A stretch of 64,000 bases of DNA, from positions 1,152,001 to 1,216,000 of the forward strand of contig CBDCYI010000011.1 of NCBI GenBank assembly GCA_965224085.1. Direction: 5' to 3'. This document shows positions 1 through 10,185 of the stretch, piece after piece. The number at the start of each line of letters is the position of its first letter. The stretch's first letter is position 1. A program made the position numbers and the translations under genes. This stretch comes from Candidatus Marinacidobacterales bacterium. GTDB lineage: Bacteria > Acidobacteriota > Vicinamibacteria > Marinacidobacterales > SMYC01. The notes beneath the pieces were generated by a model. The model saw only the letters and a program-made list of their open reading frames with translations, was not told the origin of the DNA and did no database searches.

Positions 1-772
1 GCTCGTTCTCGAGCTGCCCGAGCAAGAGCTCCTCGAGCTCTGTCGTCGGCGCCTGGACGCCTTCCCACGCGAACCGATGTTGCTTGAAGCGATAGACGCG
101 TCCTTCGAATGTGATGGCGACCTTTTCCGAGACGTCGAGCTCGAGGCCCGCGCCTCCGTTGATCCCCCACCGACTTTCGTCAGGTGTGACGGGCGTCGCC
201 ACGGCCGTCACACCCACCGTCGCCACCCGAAGCAGCTGGAATCCCAACGCCGTCACGCCGAGCCCGAGCTCTTGAGAGGCATCGAGACGAAGATTCGGCA
301 AATAGCTGAGGCCTCCCGAGACCATGAATCGTGCCGCGCCCCGAATGCGTAATTTGAAATTAGCCGAGAACGGGTAGAGCCGTCCGACGTTCACTTCACC
401 CCGACCGAGGTCGACGGTCGTGCTCACCGGCGGAAGCGGCGCGGGAAGCTCCGCTTCTGCGATGAAACTTGGCGCGATCGTATCGATCTGGAAGTCGACA
501 CTGTCCACCCGGCCTTCGATGCCAAACAAATCCGTGAAGTAGTAGGCGACGCTCCCGCCAAAGGCAAAAGAGCCGCGCGCTTTCAAGGAGAACTCGCCCG
601 GTTGACGGATGTCGACGCCCGGAAAGGTGGGGAGTCCAAGATCGGGTTCATAAGTGAAAGTCTTCTCGAAAGTGGGGGCTGTCCAGCCGCCGAGAAACGC
701 GATCTCCCAGCCGGCTTCGGCAGGCGAGCCGGCGACGAGGAGCACACCAATCGCTGCCATGTGTCGCTTCAA
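1..772 (-). CDS. Outer-membrane beta-barrel domain protein (runs off the window start)
   Basis: Not in the ORF track because it has no stop inside the window. The minus frame reads MKRHMAAIGVLLVAGSPAEAGWEIAFLGGWTAPTF...WGINGGAGLELDV..., i.e. a signal peptide followed by alternating beta-strands. The TTG start overlaps the Nudix stop (TTGA). Confidence 0.65.
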   Translation of the reverse strand, partial: MKRHMAAIGVLLVAGSPAEAGWEIAFLGGWTAPTFEKTFTYEPDLGLPTFPGVDIRQPGEFSLKARGSFAFGGSVAYYFTDLFGIEGRVDSVDFQIDTIAPSFIAEAELPAPLPPVSTTVDLGRGEVNVGRLYPFSANFKLRIRGAARFMVSGGLSYLPNLRLDASQELGLGVTALGFQLLRVATVGVTAVATPVTPDESRWGINGGAGLELDVSEKVAITFEGRVYRFKQHRFAWEGVQAPTTELEELLLGQLENE

Positions 773-1272
773 TTTAGTACCGCCAGCTTGTAGTCGAGCA
801 TGATGTCGTTGTCGAAAAGGTAGCGTCCCGAGAATCGCGTGCCGTTCAGAACTAACGGGACCCACAGGTAATCGTCTTCCCACATCTCTTCGTAGGGAAT
901 CGCGTCGACCGGCACCCAGATTGGGATGGCTTCCTCGGTCTCGGTGGGCTCGCCTTCAAAATCACCGGACCAAAAGACGTGCACGTGTATGGAATAGCCA
1001 TCGACGAACTGGAATAAGTTCTCACCGCGATAGTCGGGGGCTATAGGGGTGATGTGGAGCTCCTCCTGAGCCTCGCGGACTGCGCATTCGACTGGAGACT
1101 CACCGGGCTCGATGCGTCCGCCAGGGGCGTTGATCTTGCCAGCTCCCAGCCCACGTTTCTTGCGAATGAGGAGCATCTTAGCGTCTTTGACGACGAAAAC
1201 CAAAGTCGCTCGATCCTTCGCCGTCCACGACGCCCAGTCGATATCGTGAAGTTTTTTCAACTGTCCTTTCAT
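769..1272 (-). CDS. Nudix hydrolase, 8-oxo-dGTP diphosphatase (MutT/NUDT1-like)
   Basis: Nudix box GGRIEPGESPVECAVREAQEEL; IPYEEMWEDD motif typical of the NUDT1-like subfamily. Confidence 0.9.
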   Translation of the reverse strand: MKGQLKKLHDIDWASWTAKDRATLVFVVKDAKMLLIRKKRGLGAGKINAPGGRIEPGESPVECAVREAQEELHITPIAPDYRGENLFQFVDGYSIHVHVFWSGDFEGEPTETEEAIPIWVPVDAIPYEEMWEDDYLWVPLVLNGTRFSGRYLFDNDIMLDYKLAVLN

Positions 1273-1289
1273 TGTGGCACAATCGTGTC

Positions 1290-1748
1290 ATGGGTAGAAA
1301 CGGATGGGCTATCGTGGCCTTCACGGCGGCACTTCTCATCGGCTTCTTCTCGTGGGAGTGGTATCTGTCGCCGGAAGCGCGGGTGAAGGGGGCCTTGAAC
1401 GCTGTCTCCGCCGCCGCGGAAGCTGCCGACACGACAGACTTCGTTTCCTTTCTGACTTTGGACTATTCAGACTATCGGCACCTCGATCGAGCAGCGATCG
1501 AAAAGAGCTTCGCGACCGCTTTCGAGCAGGTAGACCGGCTCAAGGTGACGATCCAGTCGGCCAAGGTCGAGGTCGACGCCAACGGGGCCAAGGCCACCGT
1601 ACGATTCGATCTCATCGTCGTCGCGATCAAGGGAGAGGAACGCTACGTCGTCGTGGGCACCCCGTTCCAGCCTGACAAAGTCGTCGCCACGATGCGGCGC
1701 GAGGCGGACGGCTGGAAGATCGCCCGCATCGAGCAGGGCGGCTATTAG
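1290..1748 (+). CDS. Membrane-anchored NTF2/SnoaL-like fold protein
   Basis: N-terminal TM helix, LTLDYSD motif and C-terminal READGWKIARIE. ATG at 1290 is preferred over the track start at 1272. Confidence 0.6.
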   Translation: MGRNGWAIVAFTAALLIGFFSWEWYLSPEARVKGALNAVSAAAEAADTTDFVSFLTLDYSDYRHLDRAAIEKSFATAFEQVDRLKVTIQSAKVEVDANGAKATVRFDLIVVAIKGEERYVVVGTPFQPDKVVATMRREADGWKIARIEQGGY

Positions 1749-1762
1749 AGCGGCTAGGCACC

Positions 1763-2176
1763 ATGGCTAAAGACGTCGTGCTTTTCGACGGTGTGTGCGC
1801 ACTGTGCGACAGCTCGGTGCGCTTTCTTCTCGCACGGGACCCGGCAGGCAAGCTCGCCTATGCGCCGCTTCAAGGCGAGACGGCGCGCGCCGCTCTCGCA
1901 CGTCATCCAGGAGCGGACGAATCTTTGTCGACCATACTCTACGTCCGAGGAATGGGTACCAAGAGCGAGCAGCTCTACGATCGCTCGGACGCGGCTTTCG
2001 AGATCTTGCGCGATCTCGGAGGCGTGTGGCGTTTCGTCGCGTGGCTTCGCTTCATACCGCGGCCGATCCGAAACACGGTCTACGATTTCATCGCGCGGCG
2101 CCGATACCGCTGGTTCGGCAAGTTCGATGCATGCCGGCTTCCCAAGCCGGGCACGAACGAGCGCTTTCTGCCGTGA
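1763..2176 (+). CDS. DCC family thiol-disulfide oxidoreductase (DUF393/YuxK-like)
   Basis: VLFDGVCALC (DxxCxxC) and YDFIARRRYRWFG motifs. Confidence 0.9.
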   Translation: MAKDVVLFDGVCALCDSSVRFLLARDPAGKLAYAPLQGETARAALARHPGADESLSTILYVRGMGTKSEQLYDRSDAAFEILRDLGGVWRFVAWLRFIPRPIRNTVYDFIARRRYRWFGKFDACRLPKPGTNERFLP

Positions 2177-2203
2177 GAGATGACGTACGAGGTTTGGCGG
2201 GAG

Positions 2204-2612
2204 CTAGGTACCTGCTCGGGGTGCGACGCCGTCCTTCGTTGCAAGTCGCACGGCGGCGACACGACGGGGCTGCAACTCTTGCACTCCGTCCGGAAAGAAT
2301 ATAAACGACGGCAACGGTTCACGCACACGATCGGCGGAACGCCGGTACTGGTCCATCTTCTCTTTGCCGTAGTCCATCTCCGCCATGTAGAGGTTATGGG
2401 CACGACATAGAAGTCTGATGTTTTTCGCGCTTCGATAGCCGCCGAGCGCGTAGGGATCGTGGTGATGGAACTGAAGCCCACTACGCTCGGGACATCGTCT
2501 AACGTCGGCCGACTGGTACGTACATTGCCCAATGTCGCGATTCCACACGAAACGTTTCACCGAAGCGGAGATTCCACGCACTCCCGGCGAAGTGTCGGCC
2601 TCTTCGAAGCCT
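2204..2612 (-). pseudogene. 5'-truncated HNH nuclease of the same family as 34882-36000
   Basis: ADTSPGVRGISASVKRFVWNRD..CTY...RCPERSGLQFHH..PYALGG.RSAKNIRLLCRAHNLYMAE aligns with the C-terminal third of the 34882-36000 protein; the N-terminus is absent. Confidence 0.85.
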
Positions 2613-2619
2613 TTTCTCT

Positions 2620-2718
2620 GATTCTTTGATAGTCAAACTCCACGACGATGCGAACACCGAGCTGAATGTTGTCCTCAACTGGTTCCATGAGCTCGAACGA
2701 CTGGTACCGACAAAATAA
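2620..2718 (+). pseudogene. C-terminal remnant of a PD40/TolB-repeat Ser/Thr kinase-like gene
   Basis: Reads LIVKLHDDANTELNVVLNWFHELERLVPTK*. The VVLNWFxELxRLVP tail is characteristic of acidobacterial kinase-PD40 proteins. Confidence 0.6.
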
Positions 2719-2909
2719 GTGTGAACGAAGAGTAGTATTTGTTACCGGGTAGCAGTGCTGATAGGGAGCTCGCGAAAAGGGATGAAAAACGATCAACCAT
2801 CGCCAGAAGCCGCAGTCAAGCACGAGGAGCGGCGCGATTAGGCGAACAGACGACGAAGATCGAGAGGTTTTTCGAGCCTGGTTCGACGAATTGAGAGGGG
2901 CCGGGCACC

Positions 2910-3281
2910 TCAATTGTGAAGGCGCTCTTGAAGCGGGGCGAAGTCGCGGAGCAAAAGCGAAAAGGCGCCGAAGATGGCTTCCCCCGTGTACCAAGCAGGG
3001 TTACCGAGGCAACGTTTCGCTTCGAGCTCCCAGTGCTCGATCGCGAGGAAACCGCGCGCGAGCCTCCGGTCGAGAGACCGAGCCGCCTCGAGCGTTTCTT
3101 GTGGAAGCTCGTCGAGTGTGTCGCGAAGCGATCGGACATGGTCGAGCGCGGCCACAGGATCTCCCGCGAGCTCGCTGTCATGGGCGTGGCGCCCGATGAA
3201 CGTCGCCGTGACAGGATGGTCGCGATGGAAGACGTCGAAGAAACGATCGAGCCAGGCTTCGAAGTGCGGCGCGTCGGTCAT
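2910..3281 (-). pseudogene. N-terminal fragment of a DUF885-like protein
   Basis: MTDAPHFEAWLDRFFDVFHRDHPVTATFIGRHAHD... ends abruptly after ~123 aa; ATGA coupling to the upstream gene. Confidence 0.6.
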
Positions 3282-3634
3282 CGCGGCAGCGGGAGCGATA
3301 CCCAGCGTTTCTCGTGATGGGCGGTCTCGACAGCATTGATCGTCTCTTGCACCCACGCGCCGTCGACGAAGCTTCCTTGATTGCGTTCGCCTTCGTCCTG
3401 GATCTCGTCGATGAAATCTTTGATGAGGTTGGCGTAGAAGAGGCTGCGCCACGATTCCCGGGCATGTCCCGCGGCAGGGTAGAATCGTGCGGGGATCGTT
3501 TGCTCTTTGAACTCCACGCCGTCCGGCGTCGCGATGCGGATGGTCTCGGCGACGCCAAACTCTTCGACGAGCCGGCAAATGATGGTGCCCTTCTCGCCGT
3601 AGATCCGTGCTTCGACGCCGGGATAATTCCCGAG
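3278..3634 (-). pseudogene. C-terminal fragment of a Gfo/Idh/MocA oxidoreductase
   Basis: [15 protein letters not shown]...GSFVDGAWVQETINAVETAHHEKRWVSLP*; the Rossmann N-terminus is missing. Confidence 0.7.
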
Positions 3635-3670
3635 ACGCCAGGTGTACGCCAGGTTTACGCCAGGTTTACG
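3635..3670. repeat. 11-bp tandem repeat x3 (ACGCCAGGTKT) at a truncation junction
   Basis: acgccaggtgt acgccaggttt acgccaggttt acg. Confidence 0.9.
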
Positions 3671-3720
3671 AATGCCCGTCTACCTCCTATCATGGAATTA
3701 GCCCTCGGAGCCCCCACGTT

Positions 3721-4779
3721 ATGAACGAGATGAACGAGATGAACGACACAACATCCATCGAATCCTTCGTCCGCGGCCTTCCGAAAGCAGAGCTCCACAT
3801 CCACATCGAAGGCTCGCTCGAGCCCGAGCTCATGTTCGAGCTTGCCAAACGCAACGACATAGCACTTCCGTTCGCCACCGTGGAACAAGTGCGAAACGCC
3901 TACGCGTTCGACGACCTGCAGTCGTTTCTCGACGTCTACTATCAAGGCGCGGCCGTCCTGCTGCACGAGCAGGACTTCTACGAATTGGCCTTCGCTTATC
4001 TCAAAAAGGCAGCGTCTCAGAATGTCTTCCACGCGGAGATTTTTTTTGATCCCCAGACCCATACGGATCGAGGCGTCGCATTCGAGACCGTCCTTCGAGG
4101 GCTCCGGCGGGCGCTCGACGAAGCCGAGAGAACATGGGGTATGTCTTCCGAGTTGATTCTCTGTTTCCTGCGCCATTTGAGTGCGGAGGCGGCTATGGCG
4201 ACCCTAAAAGAGGCACTTCCGTTCCGCGGCCAGATAGCGGCTGTCGGGCTCGACTCTTCGGAGCTCGACTATCCACCTTCGAGATTTCGCCGCGTCTTCG
4301 ATGAAGCCTGCAAAGAAGGATTCCGTACTGTGGCGCATGCGGGAGAGGAAGGACCGCCCGCCTACATATGGGAGGCTCTAATCGACCTTCACGTCTCCCG
4401 GATCGATCACGGCGTTCGCTGTCTCGAGGACTCGGCGCTCGTCGATCATTTGCGCGAGCGTCAGGTTCCGCTCACGGTTTGTCCGCTCTCGAACGTCAAG
4501 CTCCGCGTCTTTGACCGCCTCGAGGACCACAACTTGAAGAAGCTCCTCGACGCGGGATTGTGCGCCACCGTCAACTCCGACGATCCGGCTTACTTCGGCG
4601 GCTACATCGAAGAGAATTTCTTGGGCGTGCAACAAGCGTTGAACCTCGAGCGCACCGATCTGCACCGCCTCGCCCGCAACGCATTCGAAGCGAGCTTTCT
4701 CGCGGAGGACGTCAAGGCGAAGCTCATCGACGAATTGGACGACTACGTCGCGTCGGCGAGCGTTTCCGCGCTGAGTTGA
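3721..4779 (+). CDS. add: Adenine/adenosine deaminase
   Basis: [30 protein letters not shown] and [11 protein letters not shown] motifs. The start lies within ATGAACGAG x3 (3721/3730/3739). Confidence 0.93.
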   Translation: MNEMNEMNDTTSIESFVRGLPKAELHIHIEGSLEPELMFELAKRNDIALPFATVEQVRNAYAFDDLQSFLDVYYQGAAVLLHEQDFYELAFAYLKKAASQNVFHAEIFFDPQTHTDRGVAFETVLRGLRRALDEAERTWGMSSELILCFLRHLSAEAAMATLKEALPFRGQIAAVGLDSSELDYPPSRFRRVFDEACKEGFRTVAHAGEEGPPAYIWEALIDLHVSRIDHGVRCLEDSALVDHLRERQVPLTVCPLSNVKLRVFDRLEDHNLKKLLDAGLCATVNSDDPAYFGGYIEENFLGVQQALNLERTDLHRLARNAFEASFLAEDVKAKLIDELDDYVASASVSALS

Positions 4780-4803
4780 GTCACGGGTAGTTGGCCTGCG
4801 GGT

Positions 4804-5797
4804 TCAAAGCGTGAAGTCCTCGTAGTCAGCACGGCAGGCGCTGGTATACGAGATCCTGAGCGTGGCAGGACCTGGATGGTCGCGGTGGTGTTCCAGTAGT
4901 CGCTGTGCATGCAGAGCGTGCCGTCGTCGGGCTGGCCATCGTCGCCGTGGTCAGCCAGGATCCTCGTGAGGTCGTCCAATCCCAGTGTCGCTCCGTCCGA
5001 CAACAACTCTACGAGCCGGGCCTCGCGCCGCTCCGGCGACTCGAGCACCCTACAACCCCTGAGAGGCGAGGGTGCGCGATCGTCGTAGCACGCTTCGGTT
5101 TCGACCTCGACTTCGCGCATCGACGCTTGGCTGAAGGCATTCGTGTGGTGAAGCACATCGACGCCCTGTGCCGGCCGGCGAAGCGCGGCGCGGGTATTCG
5201 AGAGCTCGAGCGAGATCAGACCCCCATCCGAGTCCGCGATCATGAGGATCCCACCGCCCCAACGCGCCGCATTTGAAATCCGCTCCGCCGCCTGCTCCGC
5301 TGTCGAGCAGGTTCGAAGCGCCTCCGAGATCGCCATCGAGATCGTCGCCGCAGGAGCGCCCTCGTCTGTCGCGAAGGCGTAATCGTAGGTGATCCCCAGG
5401 CCTTTCTCGTTGATACCGTCGACCGCCCCAACCAATGGCGCGCACGTGAACTCGAGCGACCGGAAGCCGCCCTCTGGATGGCAATCGCGCACGATGTAAA
5501 AGGGCTGGACCAGCGGTAAATAGTCGAAATTCCGGGCGATCGCGGGCTGACCATCCTTCGATCGTGGTCCCCGAATCGCTAGAGCCGAGCAGCACGCCAT
5601 GGGCGGTGCGCGGGTACACTCCCGCGTCGACGACATGACCGCCTCCAGTGCGTTGAGCAAATACAGAGCGCTCAAGCCGATTCCCGCTCCCCGCGCCATC
5701 CCTTCGAGGCGCTGCGCGCTGCTGGAAAACTGCTGCCGCAGAGGCGCCTCCAGCGCGCGCGCCTTCCTTTCCGAGATCCATCGAAAGGTCGCGGATA
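4804..5797 (-). pseudogene. C45 family (acyl-CoA:6-APA acyltransferase-like) Ntn peptidase, 5'-truncated and frameshifted near the 3' end
   Basis: CSALA...ARNFDY...DGINEKGL...HHTNAF. The true C-terminus (LRISYTSACRADYEDFTL*) is in another frame; no start codon. Confidence 0.75.
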
Positions 5798-6145
5798 TTC
5801 GTGCCGCCGAAATCCGCCTCGAACACGATCTGGCTTCCGTCCGGGCTGAAGTGCGGGTTCATCTCCCGGCCCGGCATCCGGGTCAGCTGCGTCGGGTTCA
5901 TCTCCCGGCCCGGCATCCGGGTCAGCTGGCGCGCCGCCCGAGGTCGGCACCGTCCAGATGTCAGAGGTGCCCGCCTTGGCGGATTTGAAAGCGATGAGCT
6001 CGCCGTCGGGAGAGATGTCGAACTCCTCGACCCAGACCGTTCGAGCCAGCGCATCGATAGGAAGGGGAGGAAGGGGAGGAAGGGGAGAGCTCTCCGCGAG
6101 AGCTCCGGCCAAAAGGCAACTCATCAGTATCGTTCGAACGTGCAT
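5790..6145 (-). pseudogene. N-terminal fragment of a PD40-repeat (S9 peptidase/TolB-like) protein
   Basis: Signal peptide, FDISPDGELIAFKS...DIWTVPTSGGAP, frameshift, then RQLTRMPGREMNP x2, HFSPDGSQIVFEAD; truncated after that. Confidence 0.7.
5854..5928. repeat. Tandem duplication, 39-bp period (36 bp identical)
   Basis: cgggttcatctcccggcccggcatccgggtcagctg at 5854 and 5893. Confidence 0.9.
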
Positions 6146-6196
6146 CGTCGCGAGCTCCTTTGTACACTGACTCTAGCATCCCGACGCTCGGCCACT

Positions 6197-6547
6197 TCAC
6201 TTATCGAGAAAAAATATTCCGTAATCGAGCTCGTTCTCCGAGCGGTCTTCACTCCACTTTTTCAACGCGTGCCCGATACGCTCGGGCCCGTTGTTGGGAA
6301 GTGTTTCGGGAACAATGATGAGGCCGGAGTGAACTCTCCCCGCTTGGTAGAAGGATACCGTCAACCGAATGAAATCGTCGCGGCTGCAGGTGACGAGAAT
6401 CCGACCCTCCACAACAGCGAATTCGAGCTGGTCCTGGTCGCTCAGGCCGCGGCGGTCGAGCTCATGAACGCTGACCACATCAAGGCCGAGCCCGCGACCG
6501 GCGTGCGCAACCACTGGACTGACATCCTCGTCGAGCAGGAAACGCAC
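6197..6547 (-). CDS. DUF5615 PIN-like toxin (VapC45-like)
   Basis: MRFLLDEDVS...LSDQDQLEFA..EGRILVTCSRDDF...HSGLI. Confidence 0.85.
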   Translation of the reverse strand: MRFLLDEDVSPVVAHAGRGLGLDVVSVHELDRRGLSDQDQLEFAVVEGRILVTCSRDDFIRLTVSFYQAGRVHSGLIIVPETLPNNGPERIGHALKKWSEDRSENELDYGIFFLDK

Positions 6548-6553
6548 GAGCCG

Positions 6554-6984
6554 CTATCGTCGCGATCTCTCGCGCACGGCGAACGGAAGCTCCTTTCTCA
6601 CTTTCTCGGGAGTCCACTCACGTTCGCAAGCGAGGCGCGCGTCGATCTCGGACGGGTAGAGTTTGTAGTACGCCACTGCCGTTCGAAGCTGCGCCTCCGA
6701 AAGCCATTCGAAGTTCGCGCCTAGCTCGCTATAGTCCTCGCCATCATCAAATTCCTGCCACACCGCGATGACCTCCCACACATCCAACCCCGTGCCAGCG
6801 AGGGCGGCTCGGCGGCCGGAAGGCCCGTCCACGAAAACGATCCCGGGAACTCTCCGAACCCGTATCGCCTCGGCAAGGAACTCGTTTGCCATTGCGGACC
6901 AGGACTTTCCGCGGGTCTCGGCTTCACGAGTGATCTCTGCGTCTAGGTCTGCTGCAGGCGCATGCCTTTCGCTTTTGTAGTCAT
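6554..6984 (-). CDS. DUF433 antitoxin (VapB45-like) with a frameshifted N-terminal RHH region
   Basis: PGIVFVDGPSGRRAALAGTGLDVWEVI...LSEAQLRTAVAYYKLYPSEID. The upstream MTTKAKGMRL joins ADLDAEITREAETRGKSWSA only via a 1-nt frameshift near 6955. Confidence 0.75.
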
Positions 6985-7109
6985 ACTTTGTGCACTTTCA
7001 TAGGTTAATGTGCGCCAAATATTACAAAAATGTTCTTTCGGTGCAAGCGACTCAACTACGTGCATTCATTGGAACAACCCGACCTCGGCGCCAGCGCGCG
7101 AGGTGCGGG

Positions 7110-8273
7110 TCAACCGAACGACAAGAACAGCACGTGCCCGAACACCCCCGCACTCAGGCCGCCGGCGAAGTGCGTCGTGATGGCGACGTTGGTCAAGTCG
7201 CGCTCCTTGATCCCGTCCATCATCCCGACATGCGTGCTCAAGAAGCCCGCGTTGCAGATACCGATGGCAGTGAACACACAAATCTCTTTGGCGCCGATGA
7301 TGCCGCTCGAAAGAAATTTCGGCACCATCGCGATCGCGGCGCCGACCGATCCGAGTGACGTGACAGGAAAGGCGATCGCTTCTGGATGCGAAAAGCCGAA
7401 CAAAGGCTCGATGATGAACGAGAGCTTGTCAGAAATCCATGGAAAAAAAGCGATGCCCTCATAGGCCGCTCCCGTATAGCCTTCTTCGGCGGATCCATAG
7501 GCCAACATCATCACCGACGTACAAATAATGATGACCCCTGGCATGATGTCGAGGCCCGTTTGAACGCCGTGGGTGCCGCCGTCGAGAAGTGACTGAAGGA
7601 CGCGTTGCGCGACGTTGCCTTCCCGCACTTCACGGAACCGGAGGATGTCGTAGCCTTCCCCTTCTTCTGTAAGCACGGGCGCCTCGCGGCCATATTTGCG
7701 TTTACCGAAGTAGCCCATGAGGCGAACGCTGACGATCCCGCCCATGATGGCGCCGAGATTTCCGAGGAGCACCGCGCGAGCGAGAGGCGCGTCGCCGGAG
7801 GACTGGGCCAACATGAACGTCGTCACGATGAGCCCCATGCCGAAAACGGTGCCGAGGTTGACGAGCGTCGTGAGCTGCCACTGCTTGAAATACTTCAAGA
7901 AGCCTTTATCGGAGCCGAGGGGCATGATAGCGGGGTTGTCCGACAAGTACGTCGCCACAACCCCGACAGATGTGGCGCCCGGAAGGCCGAAGAGAGGTTT
8001 CATCAAAGGGGAGAGTAGCCGGTTGGCAATACCGACGATGCCGAACTCGGCGAGCAAAGACGTAAAGGCGCCCGCGAGAATGATGACGCCCATCAGAAAG
8101 AGCACCGTGTTCAACAGCAAGTCGTGGGCGGTGCCCATCATGGTCTTGAACATGTTGGCGAGTCCCATCTGCCATGTGAACGCCGCGAAGAGGCCTGCGA
8201 GGATCACGAGCGCCACGATGGTCTCGGTCGTGACGGCGGGGACGATGTTTCTGTTTGGCGCGTTCGCGTCCAT
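7110..8273 (-). CDS. CD0519/CD1768-like membrane protein (nucleoside-recognition gate type)
   Basis: MGLANMFKTMMGTAHDLLLNTVLFLMG, TYLSDNPAI and AIAFPVTSLGSVGAA motifs; RBS GGTGAGG before ATG 8273. Confidence 0.7.
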   Translation of the reverse strand: MDANAPNRNIVPAVTTETIVALVILAGLFAAFTWQMGLANMFKTMMGTAHDLLLNTVLFLMGVIILAGAFTSLLAEFGIVGIANRLLSPLMKPLFGLPGATSVGVVATYLSDNPAIMPLGSDKGFLKYFKQWQLTTLVNLGTVFGMGLIVTTFMLAQSSGDAPLARAVLLGNLGAIMGGIVSVRLMGYFGKRKYGREAPVLTEEGEGYDILRFREVREGNVAQRVLQSLLDGGTHGVQTGLDIMPGVIIICTSVMMLAYGSAEEGYTGAAYEGIAFFPWISDKLSFIIEPLFGFSHPEAIAFPVTSLGSVGAAIAMVPKFLSSGIIGAKEICVFTAIGICNAGFLSTHVGMMDGIKERDLTNVAITTHFAGGLSAGVFGHVLFLSFG

Positions 8274-8314
8274 GCCCACCTCACCGCGTTTGACGCCAAA
8301 GACCATGGACTTCT

Positions 8315-8497
8315 TCAAGGCCTCAGCGCGCGCTGCACCGCGGCGGAGTCGGGGAAGACGGCCGCGGCGCGCTCGAGCGTCCGACGCGCGTCCTCGAACC
8401 GTTGTTGCTCGACGAGACGACTCGCTTCCCGGAGCGCGTTCTGGTAGCTCCGCTGTTGCCAGACGGCGGCGACGAGAACGACGGACAACCGAAACAT
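8315..8497 (-). pseudogene. Short TPR-protein N-terminal remnant
   Basis: Hydrophobic start plus one TPR-like unit (RLVEQQRFEDARRTLERAAAVFPDSA), then a stop. Confidence 0.4.
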
Positions 8498-8509
8498 CCT
8501 GGCTTCTCG

Positions 8510-10132
8510 TCAGGGCAAGTCGGGCGTCGGCCTTCCAGGCGCGGTGATCTCGAAGTTCTCGCGATCCTTCGCCTCCCCAACGATGCGGCGGACGTCGCTG
8601 AGAAGTGCTTTGGCGTCGAAGACGATGCCGTCTTTGACGGTGTACTTCACCCCACCGACGCGCACGACGTTGTTCTGTGCGTTGAGCTTGACCGCCCCGA
8701 TGCCGTAGAGCACTTTCAGATTTTCGAGCGGGTTCTCGTCGACGATGACGAGGTCCGCCATCTTGCCGACTTCCACCGTTCCGATGGTGTCGGAGAGGCC
8801 GAGAGTTTCCGCGCCTTTCAGGGTCGCCGCTCGGATGACCTCGAGCGGATGGAAACCGGCCTCCCGGAGAAGCTCGAGCTCTCGGACGAAGCCATAGCCG
8901 TAGAGGTTGTACGAGTAGCCCGAATCCGAGCCCACGCCGACTCGCCCGCCGCGATTCTTGTACTCGTTCACGAAGCTCATCCAGAGCTGATAATTCCTCT
9001 TCCACGCAACCTCGATCTCGGTCGTCCAGTAATACCAGTAGGAGGCGTGTTTCTCCCGGTTGGGCTCGTAAAAACGCCAGAGCGAAGGCAGTGTGTACTC
9101 TTCATGCCATTCCGCCCGGCTCATACGCATGAAGTCGCGCGTCGTCTCATACGCGACGAAAGTGGGGGAGAGGGTGAAGTCGAGCTCGAGGAGCTCATCC
9201 ATGACCTTGTTCCAGTGGTCGCTTCCTTGTTTCGCCGCTTGCTCCCACAGCCGTCCCGCTTGCTCGAAGCGGTGCTGCTCGTTGTTGTAGTTGTAGTCGA
9301 GCGGATAGTGCTGGACGGTGCGATCCTCGAAGAGCGCTTCCGGGAGACCGTACCAGTGCTGCATCGACGTGAGGCCGAGACGAGCCGAGTCGAGCGCGTC
9401 GAGCCACGACACGTTGAGCTGAGCGTGGTGGCACGTCGTTCTCATGTCGTGCTTAACCGCCTGGTCGATCGCCGCTCCCATGATGTCGGGTCGGGCACCG
9501 AAAAACTTCACCCCATTGGCGCCCATGCTCGCGACCTCGTCGACCCAGCTGCGGGCTTCGGCCGGTGTGGAAATGGGCTCCTCGAGCCCGAGACCGAACG
9601 CGGGATAGGCTTCGATGCGCGGCGCCGTGATCGTGTTGGCGAGGCTCTTTTCCTTGTGGTCCATGACCCAACGCAGGCCGTTCCCCGTGCTCGGGTCACA
9701 GATCGTCGTGATGCCGTGGCCCATCCAAAGCTTGAGGACATATTCTGCCGGTGTGCCCTGCTCGTTGCCGCCTATGTGGCCGTGCAAGTCGACGAAACCC
9801 GGGAGCACGTAGTGGCCCTCGAGCTCCATCACTTCGTCGCCAGGACGTGCGACCGGGCGGTTGTCTTCTTTGATGGCAACACCGGGAAAGCCGACGCTCT
9901 TGATCTGGGCGATGCGGTTGCCTTCGATCACGATGTCGATCGGACCGACCGCGGGCGCGCCGGTGCCGTCGATCAAAGTGACGGTACGCAAGATGAGACG
10001 GTCGAACGGACCCTCTCCTCGGGCTCGGGGAGGTGCTATCGGAATGGAGTTCTCGGGATCGTCGATTTGGCCCGAAGCGCTCCATGAAGGACCGAACAAA
10101 AGGAACAAGACGACCAAGCGCGTTCTACGCAT
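8510..10132 (-). CDS. Secreted amidohydrolase family protein
   Basis: Signal peptide, LIDGTGAP, PGFVDLHGH, GVGSDSG, GTVEVGKMADLVIVDENPL. Confidence 0.9.
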   Translation of the reverse strand: MRRTRLVVLFLLFGPSWSASGQIDDPENSIPIAPPRARGEGPFDRLILRTVTLIDGTGAPAVGPIDIVIEGNRIAQIKSVGFPGVAIKEDNRPVARPGDEVMELEGHYVLPGFVDLHGHIGGNEQGTPAEYVLKLWMGHGITTICDPSTGNGLRWVMDHKEKSLANTITAPRIEAYPAFGLGLEEPISTPAEARSWVDEVASMGANGVKFFGARPDIMGAAIDQAVKHDMRTTCHHAQLNVSWLDALDSARLGLTSMQHWYGLPEALFEDRTVQHYPLDYNYNNEQHRFEQAGRLWEQAAKQGSDHWNKVMDELLELDFTLSPTFVAYETTRDFMRMSRAEWHEEYTLPSLWRFYEPNREKHASYWYYWTTEIEVAWKRNYQLWMSFVNEYKNRGGRVGVGSDSGYSYNLYGYGFVRELELLREAGFHPLEVIRAATLKGAETLGLSDTIGTVEVGKMADLVIVDENPLENLKVLYGIGAVKLNAQNNVVRVGGVKYTVKDGIVFDAKALLSDVRRIVGEAKDRENFEITAPGRPTPDLP

Positions 10133-10185
10133 TACTGTTGTCTCCTCGCTTTGTCGAGCACCGGTTGGCGTCGTGACGATACATA

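Noticed and set aside
8274-9005. N-terminal extensions in the ORF track (7110-9005, 11596-13791, 14833-16809, 40547-42427)
   Set aside because: The extensions are Arg-rich alternative-frame readings overlapping other genes; better starts with RBS, signal peptides or stop/start coupling lie downstream.
8402-10087. Long plus-strand ORF (561 aa) and similar antisense ORFs (e.g. 19183-20298, 53102-53914)
   Set aside because: They are shadows of well-supported opposite-strand genes in high-GC DNA and show no recognisable motifs.
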